From Paraspadella gotoi (lineage: Eukaryota; Animalia; Chaetognatha), in NCBI GenBank assembly GCA_051294375.1, contig CM119269.1, positions 21,437,665-21,501,664 on the forward strand: a DNA stretch of 64,000 nt, read 5' to 3'. Shown here one piece after another: positions 1 through 13,700 of this stretch (the first letter of the stretch is position 1; every line of letters starts with the position of its first letter). The notes beneath the pieces were generated by a model, which saw only the letters and a list, made by a program, of their open reading frames with translations, was not told the origin of the DNA and ran no database searches. The translations under genes and the position numbers were made by a program.

Positions 1-2198
1 TCGAGTCTTCAAATCATATTGCGGTCGTAATTTATTTAACTGAAGAAAAAACGCTTAGGAAGATTTTGTTTCCAATACAGTCTCGCCTCTCCCAGGGGCG
101 GCAAAGTGCCACGATCGTCAAATGTTATCGATTTTTGTGACAATTTTTGCGTTATTTTCTTGTGATTAATTAAGTTGCTAATTTTAAACATTTTTGATGA
201 GTATGTTATGGAATTTATTAGATTTTATTCCTAAAAATCTTTAAATAAGAAGTGACGTGCTCAAAAACAGTTGTAGTTTCATTAGCTAAATCTTTATTTT
301 AATAATTTTAAAGGGCATGTTTTGGGCAAAACAGTAAGAAATAAAAATGAATGAAATGAAATTTTGAGAAATATTTTTTAATTAATTGGTCTAATTTTTT
401 ATTAGAACGTCAACTTACGCGCTGTATATTTAATTTTTGAGCTTCTAACATGTAAATACCGGCAAAATAAAAAAAAAATCAAAAGAAATCAGTCTAAACA
501 CCGTGTTTATTATCAGCATTTTTTTAGTCAAAAGCCCTTTATGGATTTGTCTTTTTTACCGCGGCGTTGGATAGGCGCAAAACACTGGCAGTTCAGAAAA
601 ATCAATTCCATGGTTTTGTATATTTACTGGCGGTGCTGAGCTGGTGCGAGAAAATGTGCTTTGAGGATGACCAAATTATCAAAACCGCTTCGTTCTTCGG
701 ATTTTTTTCTAGCGCGGAGGGCGACATATCTACAATAATGCTACTTCCGGTTTTAATATTATTGATTCAAAATTCTTAATAACGGTTTGAGGTTGTTTAA
801 ATTTTTGTAACGATAGTATCAGGGTAATGCATTTTAGTATAGACAGATAATAACAAATTTCATCATTGATTTTTTAATAATTATTTTTATTTTATTAATA
901 TTCTCTCTTTTCGTTGGCTAAGTGAATATTAACGAATTGTTTATTGTATGTGCCAATACAACGAAACATGTACTACTAACTGAATAATAATTAATAATAA
1001 TTTTAAATAAGTAATAGAAAAATCGTTTGTAATGTGGCACGATAAATAAGAACAATTCTTTAAAAGCGCTTGTGGGGAAAGGCGCAGATATTCAAAAAGA
1101 AATGGTACTGAAAAATGCTTTATTTTGTAGTAGCTTGAAAATACGAACAGAATGACACCTTTTTGGTGTGAACTATATGAGTTATTTTGCCGCGGAAAAA
1201 ATGGTGTCTATAAGTGATTGTATCATTAGAATAGATATTTTTATTTAGATTAATTTAAAATAATGACTACGGATTTTCGTCGCGTTTTGCAAGAAGTTTC
1301 GTTAGCTTCAATCTTGGAAGGAAAGTCTGGATGCGAGCCCGGATCAGCTTCGAGCCGCAATGGCAAGACGGGTCGGACCGCGGAGGTTAACGACTTGGTG
1401 TCGGGCGAGTCATAGAAGTGGGTAACGAGACGGGGAAGTGGAACAGCGGGAGCGGCAGGCGGCGGCGGTTAGTGAAGGCTGACGGCAAGCTGCAGCGATG
1501 GGGGATTTGGGCAGAAAGAAACAATAAACTGCAGCGTCAATTTGGAGAACGCGACCGGTGGAACGCAAACATCAGCACTCCTGAGACGACAGCACGAACC
1601 GCTAAACAACAACATACAACAAGCGTTCACGCAAAAACAGTGTCAAGAAAGCAACAAAACAACAACAACAGGCAAAGCTAAGTAGAACTCTCAGCAGGCA
1701 GGCAGCCGCGGCGACCGGCGCAGAAGCATCAACTGACGTCGACGTGAAGGAGTTTTCGGACTGAGGCATCGGCCGGCGTCGGGAGACGCGAAAGGAATTT
1801 TCCTTGGGACCGAAAGTGCTCGTGAGGGAAGGTTTACGAGTAAGTCGATGGCTGACGGGCTACTACAAATACTTAGCAATCACTATATTTTTTTAGCATA
1901 TTAATGACAAAACTTATTCGTTACTCTATACTGAGTAAGGGAGTGGAAGACTTAGTAAGATTATAATAAATTTCAACTGGCGAGATACCGATCTTGAAAA
2001 TGAATAAGTGCGCCTAACTTTCGATATTTTTAACACCTCGATGAACATGTCTCTACTATAAAATTGTTATTTCGGTCTAATCATGTCTACCAACGAAAAG
2101 AAGATTGTACAAAACAGCAGACAATAATAATAAGTAATAATACTAATGAATAGATCAATAATGAGATGAATAATATACTTAAAAAACAAGAAAAAAAA

Positions 2199-2229
<31 letters not shown>

Positions 2230-2334
2230 TAATAAGATAGATAATAATAATAATGAATAATAATAATAATAATAACAGTAATAGATACACTTAAAAATAA
2301 TAATAATGAATAAATAATGAATAATTAATAATAA

Positions 2335-2366
<32 letters not shown>

Positions 2367-2671
2367 GTTATAAGATCTTTGTCAAACGAATGAGGTCTAC
2401 GACCAACCAAGAGCCGACCATCGTCGTTCCCCGGAAAAAAGACATCCCTCTCAAGGCACGAGCGACTCGACGGAATCAGCGAGCGACGTCCGCCTCCACG
2501 GCGAGGTCTGGCTGCAGCATCTTGTGTTGCAATACGAGTTCGTCAACGGCGACGTCGACGAGCGCCAATCTCGTCCGGGTCTTGCGAGACTCGACGCCGG
2601 CAAACGCCGACTCGGAGGCGCCTCAACGGCGGCGCCACCGCGGCGTCTCGAGTCTGCAATGTGCGGACGCC
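1..2671. repeat. Copy of a segment identical to 4738-7408 (offset 4737); probable assembly duplication
   Basis: The sequence and the ORF track repeat at +4737 (e.g. 567..779 = 5304..5516; 1418..1681 = 6155..6418). Both copies carry the same indels relative to the cleaner copy at ~8664-11205. Confidence 0.9.
1263..2671 (+). pseudogene. Frameshifted, error-rich copy of exons 1-2 of the orphan gene at 9913
   Basis: Starts ATGACTACGGATTTTCGT, like 9913, but has many 1-nt insertions and breaks off at 2671. Confidence 0.7.
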
Positions 2672-3185
2672 GCGTGACAGGGACGCGTTCGCGAAAGACG
2701 CGCGTCTCTGTTACTGCGTCGACGAAGTTACGGACACCGCCTCCGATAAGAATGACTGTGAAATCAGTCGTCAATTTCTTCGCCTGCGGGGAATCGTCTT
2801 CGTCATCGTCGTCGTCGAAATCATCTTCAGCAGCGTCATCGATGTCCACATCGAATGAAAACGTGACGGCGTCTTCGTAGAGAGAGTCGAAAGAGACGTC
2901 CACGGCTTCGAGCGCCAATCGGACTTCGGCGCTAGAGACGGACTTGGTCGCCGTCTCGACTTGGGCGCCCCCGACGGCTTTGCGTGCCAACTTTATTTGG
3001 GCACCGGTAACAGCGTTGGGAGATGAGCCAACTTGCGTGGCGGTAGAGGACTCAGTTTTGACTTGGGCGCCAGCGAGGGCTTTGGGCGCCGATTCTTCAG
3101 CTTCACGCGCCGAAATTAGCGGCAGTAAGAAGATGCAAATTGCGGCGAAGCGGAAGGAAGGAGACGAGTTGCTTAGCACCTTCAT
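2672..3185 (-). CDS. 5' fragment of a secreted or membrane protein gene (signal peptide, GAQV/GAQI repeats, acidic tract); truncated at a chimeric junction
   Basis: Uninterrupted ORF MKVLSNSSPSFRFAAICIFLLPLISA-REAEE..., with repeated (A/T/G)GAQ(V/I) and DDAAEDDFDDDDDEDD. The frame runs into the duplicated segment at 2671, and an N-gap lies upstream at 3255. Confidence 0.55.
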
Positions 3186-3733
3186 TGTTTCGTGTCCCGT
3201 TATCCTGTTTTGTTTTGCCCGACTGGCTGATTCTTTTTTGCCTTCTTTTCAGTCNNNNNNNNNNNNNNNNNNNNNNNNNGCGCAAGAGCGTGTAAAGATC
3301 CATCGGATGCATGCGGTGCGTGGTTCGAAAACAAATCTTCTTTCTCTCTTTCGTCTCCGCTCTCTCTGCTCTCGACTGCCTCTCCTCTCCTCTCTCTCTC
3401 CTCTCTCTCTGCTCGGGACGTGGTTGATGGTGAAAACCCTCTCACGATCATCCGTCTTTACGAAGTGATGTTGTGAAGGATCGAGATAAAAAAAAAGAAG
3501 CTATGCTTAAAAATGAGAGAAAGTCTCGAGACTGTCTTTGCGAAATTTTTAACTGACTGACTGAGTGACTGAGGTCAAGGAAACGGTCTTATTTTCCATG
3601 ACGCCCGCATTTCATTTAAGTTTCGGATTGAGTTGTTTACGGTTTAAAGATAGGGTTGAGGTTTATGGTTGTAGGATAGTAGAAATAGGGTTTAAGAAAT
3701 TAGAAGTTAGTGGATTAGGATAGGTGGAATCAG

Positions 3734-4329
3734 TAAGGAGGGCCAAAATTTAACAGGTTTAAGTTACAATATGGAAAAAGTCTGTAATTAATAAAGTCTT
3801 TTGGTTCCATTTTAAGCCAGAATTGACGTTATGATGTTAAAAGTTTTGATTAAATTAATTTGTCTTCACGCATGGAAGCATTTTAATAATATAACAATAT
3901 ATAAGAAATGCTTAAAAATTTTTTTAAAAAAATTTTTAAATTTTTCAAAATGGGATTCTGATAAAGATTAAAAGTTAGATAAAAGGTTTAGTACGCAGAA
4001 TTTTAAATATTTCATGATAAATGGGTTAGGTGGGCGGTACGACTAGGTGTTGGATGGCGGCAAGATTTAAAACAAAGAACCTTAAAAAATCATCATCATC
4101 TTCATGTTAAATTTTATAGTTTTTTTTAATTTTCATAAATAAATAATTTAAATCTATCAGAAGTCCATAAAAAATTAAAATTCTTAAAAAAAATTTTGGA
4201 CAATTATGTAGTAAATCGGATAATATAAAATAGCTTCCATTTTATGTTTATTCTTGATCTTTGAAGTAAATAGCACTTAATAATATTTAGTACGGACTGT
4301 CTGTTTAGTTGGTAACTTGTTCCGCCTTA
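3734..4329. mobile_element. TA-flanked MITE (TAAGGCGG...CCGCCTTA family), noisy copy
   Basis: Same termini and internal sequence as 7725-8285 and 35185-35785. Confidence 0.6.
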
Positions 4330-4737
4330 GTGTTCAGGGTTAGGATTAGCCATTCTGGATTAGGGTTTACAGTCAGAGCTTAGTTTAGGGTTATGTATTA
4401 GGATTTAGGGGATTGGTTATGGGTTTTAGTAAACAGATTAGGGTAAAGGAAAAATTACAGGTTAAATTTAAGTTCAGGAGATAAATGGAAAAATGGCCCA
4501 ATAAAGGACCCGCGGCGCGCTTAGAGATGTTATTTTTCTTTAGCTTTTTTTCTTGTAGTGCCTAACGTAGATTGAACATTTTTTTTAATTTGCGTCAAAA
4601 CTAAAACATTGATGGAAAACCCTACGCAAGTAAGGAGAGTCGATAAATGTTAAAGAATAAAATTTAAAAATAAATTTCTAACTTTTAGTTCGCATAAGGT
4701 ATTAGACACATTTGTTTTCTGCTGAAAATGATGGGAA

Positions 4738-6935
4738 TCGAGTCTTCAAATCATATTGCGGTCGTAATTTATTTAACTGAAGAAAAAACGCTTAGGAAGA
4801 TTTTGTTTCCAATACAGTCTCGCCTCTCCCAGGGGCGGCAAAGTGCCACGATCGTCAAATGTTATCGATTTTTGTGACAATTTTTGCGTTATTTTCTTGT
4901 GATTAATTAAGTTGCTAATTTTAAACATTTTTGATGAGTATGTTATGGAATTTATTAGATTTTATTCCTAAAAATCTTTAAATAAGAAGTGACGTGCTCA
5001 AAAACAGTTGTAGTTTCATTAGCTAAATCTTTATTTTAATAATTTTAAAGGGCATGTTTTGGGCAAAACAGTAAGAAATAAAAATGAATGAAATGAAATT
5101 TTGAGAAATATTTTTTAATTAATTGGTCTAATTTTTTATTAGAACGTCAACTTACGCGCTGTATATTTAATTTTTGAGCTTCTAACATGTAAATACCGGC
5201 AAAATAAAAAAAAAATCAAAAGAAATCAGTCTAAACACCGTGTTTATTATCAGCATTTTTTTAGTCAAAAGCCCTTTATGGATTTGTCTTTTTTACCGCG
5301 GCGTTGGATAGGCGCAAAACACTGGCAGTTCAGAAAAATCAATTCCATGGTTTTGTATATTTACTGGCGGTGCTGAGCTGGTGCGAGAAAATGTGCTTTG
5401 AGGATGACCAAATTATCAAAACCGCTTCGTTCTTCGGATTTTTTTCTAGCGCGGAGGGCGACATATCTACAATAATGCTACTTCCGGTTTTAATATTATT
5501 GATTCAAAATTCTTAATAACGGTTTGAGGTTGTTTAAATTTTTGTAACGATAGTATCAGGGTAATGCATTTTAGTATAGACAGATAATAACAAATTTCAT
5601 CATTGATTTTTTAATAATTATTTTTATTTTATTAATATTCTCTCTTTTCGTTGGCTAAGTGAATATTAACGAATTGTTTATTGTATGTGCCAATACAACG
5701 AAACATGTACTACTAACTGAATAATAATTAATAATAATTTTAAATAAGTAATAGAAAAATCGTTTGTAATGTGGCACGATAAATAAGAACAATTCTTTAA
5801 AAGCGCTTGTGGGGAAAGGCGCAGATATTCAAAAAGAAATGGTACTGAAAAATGCTTTATTTTGTAGTAGCTTGAAAATACGAACAGAATGACACCTTTT
5901 TGGTGTGAACTATATGAGTTATTTTGCCGCGGAAAAAATGGTGTCTATAAGTGATTGTATCATTAGAATAGATATTTTTATTTAGATTAATTTAAAATAA
6001 TGACTACGGATTTTCGTCGCGTTTTGCAAGAAGTTTCGTTAGCTTCAATCTTGGAAGGAAAGTCTGGATGCGAGCCCGGATCAGCTTCGAGCCGCAATGG
6101 CAAGACGGGTCGGACCGCGGAGGTTAACGACTTGGTGTCGGGCGAGTCATAGAAGTGGGTAACGAGACGGGGAAGTGGAACAGCGGGAGCGGCAGGCGGC
6201 GGCGGTTAGTGAAGGCTGACGGCAAGCTGCAGCGATGGGGGATTTGGGCAGAAAGAAACAATAAACTGCAGCGTCAATTTGGAGAACGCGACCGGTGGAA
6301 CGCAAACATCAGCACTCCTGAGACGACAGCACGAACCGCTAAACAACAACATACAACAAGCGTTCACGCAAAAACAGTGTCAAGAAAGCAACAAAACAAC
6401 AACAACAGGCAAAGCTAAGTAGAACTCTCAGCAGGCAGGCAGCCGCGGCGACCGGCGCAGAAGCATCAACTGACGTCGACGTGAAGGAGTTTTCGGACTG
6501 AGGCATCGGCCGGCGTCGGGAGACGCGAAAGGAATTTTCCTTGGGACCGAAAGTGCTCGTGAGGGAAGGTTTACGAGTAAGTCGATGGCTGACGGGCTAC
6601 TACAAATACTTAGCAATCACTATATTTTTTTAGCATATTAATGACAAAACTTATTCGTTACTCTATACTGAGTAAGGGAGTGGAAGACTTAGTAAGATTA
6701 TAATAAATTTCAACTGGCGAGATACCGATCTTGAAAATGAATAAGTGCGCCTAACTTTCGATATTTTTAACACCTCGATGAACATGTCTCTACTATAAAA
6801 TTGTTATTTCGGTCTAATCATGTCTACCAACGAAAAGAAGATTGTACAAAACAGCAGACAATAATAATAAGTAATAATACTAATGAATAGATCAATAATG
6901 AGATGAATAATATACTTAAAAAACAAGAAAAAAAA

Positions 6936-6966
<31 letters not shown>

Positions 6967-7071
6967 TAATAAGATAGATAATAATAATAATGAATAATAA
7001 TAATAATAATAACAGTAATAGATACACTTAAAAATAATAATAATGAATAAATAATGAATAATTAATAATAA

Positions 7072-7103
<32 letters not shown>

Positions 7104-7408
7104 GTTATAAGATCTTTGTCAAACGAATGAGGTCTACGACCAACCAAGAGCCGACCATCGTCGTTCCCCGGAAAAAAGACATCCCTCTCAAGGCACGAGC
7201 GACTCGACGGAATCAGCGAGCGACGTCCGCCTCCACGGCGAGGTCTGGCTGCAGCATCTTGTGTTGCAATACGAGTTCGTCAACGGCGACGTCGACGAGC
7301 GCCAATCTCGTCCGGGTCTTGCGAGACTCGACGCCGGCAAACGCCGACTCGGAGGCGCCTCAACGGCGGCGCCACCGCGGCGTCTCGAGTCTGCAATGTG
7401 CGGACGCC
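4738..7408. repeat. Second identical copy of 1-2671, including a noisy copy of orphan-gene exons 1-2 (6000-7408)
   Basis: Identical to 1-2671 by visual comparison; the two copies diverge after CGGACGCC. Confidence 0.9.
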
Positions 7409-7724
7409 TCTCTCTCTCTCTCACGTGTTGGATGGTGAAACCCTCTCACGATCATCCGTCCTTTCACATGATGTTTGAAGGATCGAGATAAAAAAAAAAG
7501 AAGCTCAGCTTAAAATAGAGAAAGTTCGAGACTTCTTTGCGAAATTTTTAACTGACTGACTGAGTGACTGAGGTCAACAAACGGTCTTATTTTCCCATGA
7601 CGCCCCATTTCATCTTAAATTCGGAATTAGTTTTTAGGTTTAAAGATTAGGGTTGAGGTTTATGGTTTAGGATAGAGAAATAGGTTAAGAAATTAGAGTT
7701 AGTGGATTAGGATAGGTGGATCAG

Positions 7725-8285
7725 TAAGGACGGGCCAAAATTTAACAGTTTAGTTACAATATGGAAAAAGTCTGTAATTAAAAAGTCTTTTGTCCATTTT
7801 CAAGCAGAATTGACGTTATGATGTTAAAGTTTTGATTAAATTAATTTTCTTCACGCATGAAGCATTTTAATATTAACAATATATAAGAAATGCTTAAAAT
7901 TTTTTTTAAAAATTTTAAATTTTTAAAATGGATTCTGATAAAGATTAAAAAGTTAGATAAAGGTTTAGTACTCAGAATTTAAAAATTTCAATGATAAATG
8001 TAGGCGTAAATTTACAAATTAAAACAAAACACTTAATACAAATCATCATCATCATTCATTTAAATTTTATAGTTTTTTTAATTTTCATAAATAAATGAAT
8101 TTAAATCTATCAGAATCCATAAAAAATTAAAAATTTCTTAAAAAAAATTTTTGGACATTATGTAGTAATCGGATAATATAAAATAGCTTCCATGTTTATA
8201 TAGATTCTTAATTTTGATCTTTAATAAATACACATTAATAATATTTATACCGGACTTCTGTTAGTTGGTAACTTGTTCCGCCTTA
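7725..8285. mobile_element. TA-flanked MITE (Tc1/mariner-type non-autonomous)
   Basis: Ends TAAGG(A)CGGGCCAAAATT ... GTAACTTGTTCCGCCTTA; near-identical copy at 35185-35785. Confidence 0.65.
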
Positions 8286-9350
8286 GTGTTCAGGGTTAAG
8301 GATTAGCATTCTGGATTAGGGTTTACAATCAGAGCTTAGTTAGGGTTATGTATTAGATTAGGGATTGGGTTATGGGTTTAGTAACAGATTAGGGTAAAAA
8401 TATCAAGGTTAAAATTAAGTTCAGAGATAAAGGAACATAAAAATGGCCCAATAAACGACCACCCCCTAGAGATGTTATTTACTTTTAGCTTTTCCTTGTA
8501 GTCCAACTAATTAACAATTTTTTTTTAATTTCATCAAACTAAAACCAGTTGATAAAACCTACCAGTAGGAGATCGAAAATTTAAAGAATATAATTTAAAA
8601 AATAAAATTCTAACCTTTATTAGCATAAGTATTAGACACATTTTTTTCTGCTGATAATGATGATCGAGTCTTCAAATCATTCGGTTCGTATTTAAACTTT
8701 CTTTATGAAGAAAAAACCTTAGGAAGATTTTTTCAATACATCTCGCCTCTCCCAGGGGCGTCAAAGTGCCACGAGCGTCAAATTTATCGATTTTTGACAA
8801 TTTTCCTTATTTTCTTGTGGTTATAGCTAATTTTAAACAATTTTTTGATGATATGTTATGATTTATATGACTCTCAAAAACAATTTCATTTCGATAAATT
8901 GTTGTTCCGGCAACGAAATGTACCTTAGACTTTGTAGTTTCATTAGCTAATCTTTATTTTTATAATTTTAAAGGGCATGTTTTGCAAAAACAGTAAGAAA
9001 TAAAAATGATGATAAATTTTGAGAAAATTTTTTTAATTAATTGGTCTATTTTTTTATTACGACGTCAACTTACCGCTGTATATTTATTTGACTTCTACAG
9101 TAAATACCGCAAAATAAAAAAATTCAAAAGGAAATCAGTCTAAACACCGTGTTTATTATCAGTATTTTTTAGTCAAAACCGGCTGCGTTGGATAGCCCAA
9201 ACACAACAGGTGCAAAAATTGCTAGGAACCAAAATTATCAAAAACCGCTTCGTTCTTACGGATTTTTTTCTAAGCGCGGAGCGACATATCTACAATAATG
9301 TAACTTCCGGTTTTAATATGAAATTGGTACAACCAATATAAAAATATATA

Positions 9351-9389
<39 letters not shown>

Positions 9390-9563
9390 TATAATATAAT
9401 ATATATATTATTCAAAATTCTTAATAACGGTTTGAGGTTGTTTAAATTTTGATTAAATATATCAGGTAACATTTTAGTATAACAGATAATACAAATTTCA
9501 TCATTATTTTTATTATTATTTTTATTGTATTATTTTCTCTCTTTTCGTTGCTAAGTGAATATT

Positions 9564-9726
9564 AAGAATTGTTTATTTATGTGCCAATACAACGATTTTT
9601 TATTATTAGTAGTACATGTTTCGACTCTGTTGGTTCGAGCTGATGAAGACTCGGAACCAACAGAGTCGAAACATGTACTACTAATAATAAAAAATCGTTG
9701 TATTGGCACATAAATAAACAATTCTT
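9564..9726. repeat. Perfect inverted repeat with 73-bp arms, carrying a hammerhead core
   Basis: Arm 9564-9636 is the exact reverse complement of arm 9654-9726. Confidence 0.9.
9640..9677 (+). ncRNA. Minimal hammerhead ribozyme motif, Penelope-like-element type; stem I degenerate
   Basis: CTGATGA-A-GACTC-(GGAACCAACA)-GAGTC-GAAAC-ATGTA: both core boxes, a 5-bp stem II, a palindromic ACATGT minimal stem III and a GUA cleavage triplet. Confidence 0.6.
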
Positions 9727-9912
9727 TAACGCTTGTGGGAAAGGCGAGATATTAAAAAAATGTACTAAAAATGCCTTTATTTTGTATAGCTTGAAAATAC
9801 GAACAGAATGATACCTTTTTGAAGACTATATAATTATTTTCCGAGGAAAAAAAATGTGTCTAATAAGTATTTATCATTAGAATAATATTTTTATTTAGAT
9901 TAATTTAAAATA

Positions 9913-10725
9913 ATGACTACGGATTTTCGTCGCGTTTTGCAAGAAGTCGTTAGCCTTCAATCTTGGAAGGAAAGTCTGGATCGAGCGCGGATCAGTTTCG
10001 AGCCGCAATGCCAAACGGGTCGGTCGCGGAGGTTAACGACTTGGTTCGGGCGAGTCATAGAAGTGGGTAACGAAGACGGAAGTGGAAGCAGCGGGAGCGG
10101 CAGCGGCGGCGGTAGTGACGGCTACGGCAGCTGCAGCGATGGGGATTTGCAAGAAAGAAACAATATAAACTGCAGCCTCAATTTGAGACGCGACCGTGAG
10201 AACGCAACATCAGCACTCCGAGACGAAACACGAACCGCTAACAACAACAACAACAACTTCACCAAAAACAATGTCAACAACAAAAACAACAACAACAGCA
10301 AGCTAAGTAGAACTCTCAGCAGCAGCAGCCGCGGCGACCGCAGCAGCATCACTACGTCCGACGTGAAGAGTTTTCGGACTGAGGCATCCGCGGCGTCGGG
10401 AGACGCGAAGGAATTTTCTTGGGACGAAAGTCTCGTGAGGAAAGTTTACGAGTAAGTCGATGCTGACGCTACTACAAAATACTTACAATACTATATTTTT
10501 TACATTATTATGACAAAACTATACGTTACTATACTGAGTAGGGAGTGAAACTTAGAAAAAAAGATTTATAATTAAATTTCAATGGGGAATACCATCTTGG
10601 AAACATGAATAAGTCGCCTAACTTCTCGATCATTTTTAAACACCTTCGAAACATGTCTGCTACTATAAAATTGTTATTTCGTCTAATCATTCTACCAACG
10701 AAAAGAAAGATTTACAAACAACAAC

Positions 10726-10765
<40 letters not shown>

Positions 10766-13700
10766 CATAAACATTTAAAAAAAAAAAAAAAAAAAAAAAA
10801 AATAATAATAATAATAATAAATAATAATAATAAAATAATAATAATAATAATAATAATAACAATAATAGATAACTAAAATAATAATAAAATAATAATAATA
10901 ATTAAAATAGTAATATAATTTAATACTATAAAATCTTTTGTCAAACAAGAGGTCTACGACACAAGCGCCACCATCGTCGTCTCCCCGAACAAAAGACATC
11001 CCTCTCAACGAGCGAATCGACGGATCAGCGAGCGACGTCCGCCTCCACGCGAGGTCTGCTGCAGCATCTTGTTCAAACGGTTCGTCAACGGCGACGTCGA
11101 CGAGCGCCCAATCTCTCCGGGTCTTCGAGACTCGACGCCGGCGACGCCGACTCGAGCGCCTCAAACGCGGCGCCACCCGGCGTCTCGAGTCTCAATGTCG
11201 ACGCCGCCTCCAAGATGACGTCTTTGCTCGACACCACAAACGCGTCGTCGGATTATTGGAGTCAGAGTTCAGAGCGGATGGAGGAGGAGGAGGAGGAGGA
11301 GGAGGAGGAGGAGGATTTTGGAAAAGACAAACTTTCGAGAGAGAAAATGAGAAGAGAATGGAGCACGGGTAGGTTTTGGAAAAAAATTAAGAAATGTAAA
11401 TAATTAAATTATTAATTGGATAAATTAAAATTTTTGTATCAAAAGTAAATAAATTTTTTTTTAACATCAGAGAATTTGCTCGCGTTCAGCTATTAAAGCA
11501 ACTCAGGTGTCAATAAGTAAAAGTCTTTTTTTATTTTTAATAAAATATAATGTTATGTAACTATAGACGATTAATTACACGTTTTTGATAAATAATTCAT
11601 TCCTTTTTATTATTCATTTAATTCTAATGTAAAGCATCGGTCTCGTAAACCAAAGATCATGGTTTCAAACCCCGTTTGTGCTTAGTTTCTTCATTTATGT
11701 TTCTATTTAAGACGCCAAAGTAATTTTGTAGGACTAAGCTCTGACAAAAAAAGTCAGAGGTTTTTTTAAGATATTCTTTTACCGGTCAATTTAGAATGAT
11801 GGCAATATTGCTATTGTTAGGACTAAGCTCTGACGAACAAAGCCCGAGATTTTTTTTAATATATTCCTTATACGGGCCAAGTAGAAATGATGCAATATTG
11901 CTATTGTTAAGTTTAAAAAAAATCCGACATAAATTATAGAAATATTAACCAAAATCTTTGGAAAATCCCACCCCTTCTTTGGGAAGATTTTTCGCCATAG
12001 AAGATTTTTCCAGAATCTGACTCCGGTTGAAAACCTCTTAGAATTCCCTGATCGTTAGCTCCCTTTTTTACTTTTACTTTAAAAATAAAAATTTCACCAA
12101 ATGGACTAATCACTTTACCATGATCGTAATCATATCAAAACAACCAAATAAAATTAAAGAAAAATTTGAGAGCCTCAGACACTATTTGCCAAAGGATTCC
12201 AAAATTAGACTCTCATTGTTAAACAGAACATACTAAGTCAGTTTATTGTTTTCAAGGAAAAAAATCCCTTTCATTTCTATATAAAATCAGAGATGGAAAT
12301 TTTTCCATCGACAAGCAGTCTATTTTGTTCTGGCTTGTTTTGATATCAAGATGATGATGATTTGACAAGAGAAAAAAAATGCGAGCCTTCAGATGCAATC
12401 AGATCGGAAATCAGTGTTTTTTACATCGATATTTTTACAGAAATTTTTAAACCAGGAGCGTTTTATATGTTTTGGTAGTGCAGATTTTGAACGAAATCTC
12501 CATTGAAAAGTTCTTCCTCGATCTCTAAGAACGACGTATACTCCTACTATTGTTAAAAGTTTAAAAAAAAATCCGACCATAAAATATAGAAAATATAACC
12601 AAAATCTTTGAAAATCACCCCTTTTGGAAGATTTCGAAATAGAAGATTTTCCCGAACTGACTCCGGTTGAAAACTTTAGATTCCGATCGTAAGCTCCTCT
12701 TTTACTTTACTTAAATAAAAATTCACCAAAATGGACTAATTCACTTTACATGATTGTATCATAAACCAAAAAATGTAAGACAAATTTTGAGAGCCTTCAG
12801 ACATATTGCTATCGATTCTGAATCAAAGTTTATTGTAAAATCACAACATATGTGAATGCATTATTTTTGTATTGAAGTTGAGAAATCCCTTTATTTTATA
12901 TATAAAATTGCGTCGAAAAATTTTCCCGAGCGACCAGTCCATGTGAATCTGATAGTTGATGGTTAAGTGTTAAGTGGTCGAATAGATGAATCGATTTATG
13001 AAATCAGAAAAGCGAATGGAATCGAATTGGCTAATTGTACAAAGTGAGATTTTTATACGGGACGAGAGGGAAATTTGGTTTACATTTGTAATGTAAATAA
13101 TTCTAAAAAATACTTCAAATAAGGTAGCGTTTTGCGACCGGCGATTGAACGGGAGCAACAAAATTTTCTTAGTGGATTGGAATTTTAAAGAATTCGACGG
13201 CGATTTATTTTTTCTAACTAATAATAATAAACAGGATCTCCACTGTTATTTGACAAGAGAAAAAGCGAGTTCTTCAGATGCAAACAGGATCGAAATCTAG
13301 TGTTTTTACATCTATTTTAGTCGGATCTGCTTATCCAAGCAGATCCCGACTCTATAATTCGTCTGTCTGTACATCCGTTTATTGTTTGAACGAAAATCTC
13401 CATTGAAAATATCTTCCTCGATCTCTAAGAACGACGTCAGCTACAAAATCTTGTTTTGGTCCAATTTTACCGAACTTCAAATATTGATTTTAAAAAAAGA
13501 CAATCTAAAAAGTTCTATTTTAAAAATAAAATATTTTCCTATCCCAATAATATATAAGTAATATTAAATATTGATAATAGATTAAGTAAAAGAAATGAAA
13601 TATGTTGAGAATAAAAATTTAAAAAAATCTTAAAATAGTGATCTCACCAGAAAATTAATGAAAAAATCTGGAGAAAAAAATGAATAATCACAGCGATAAC

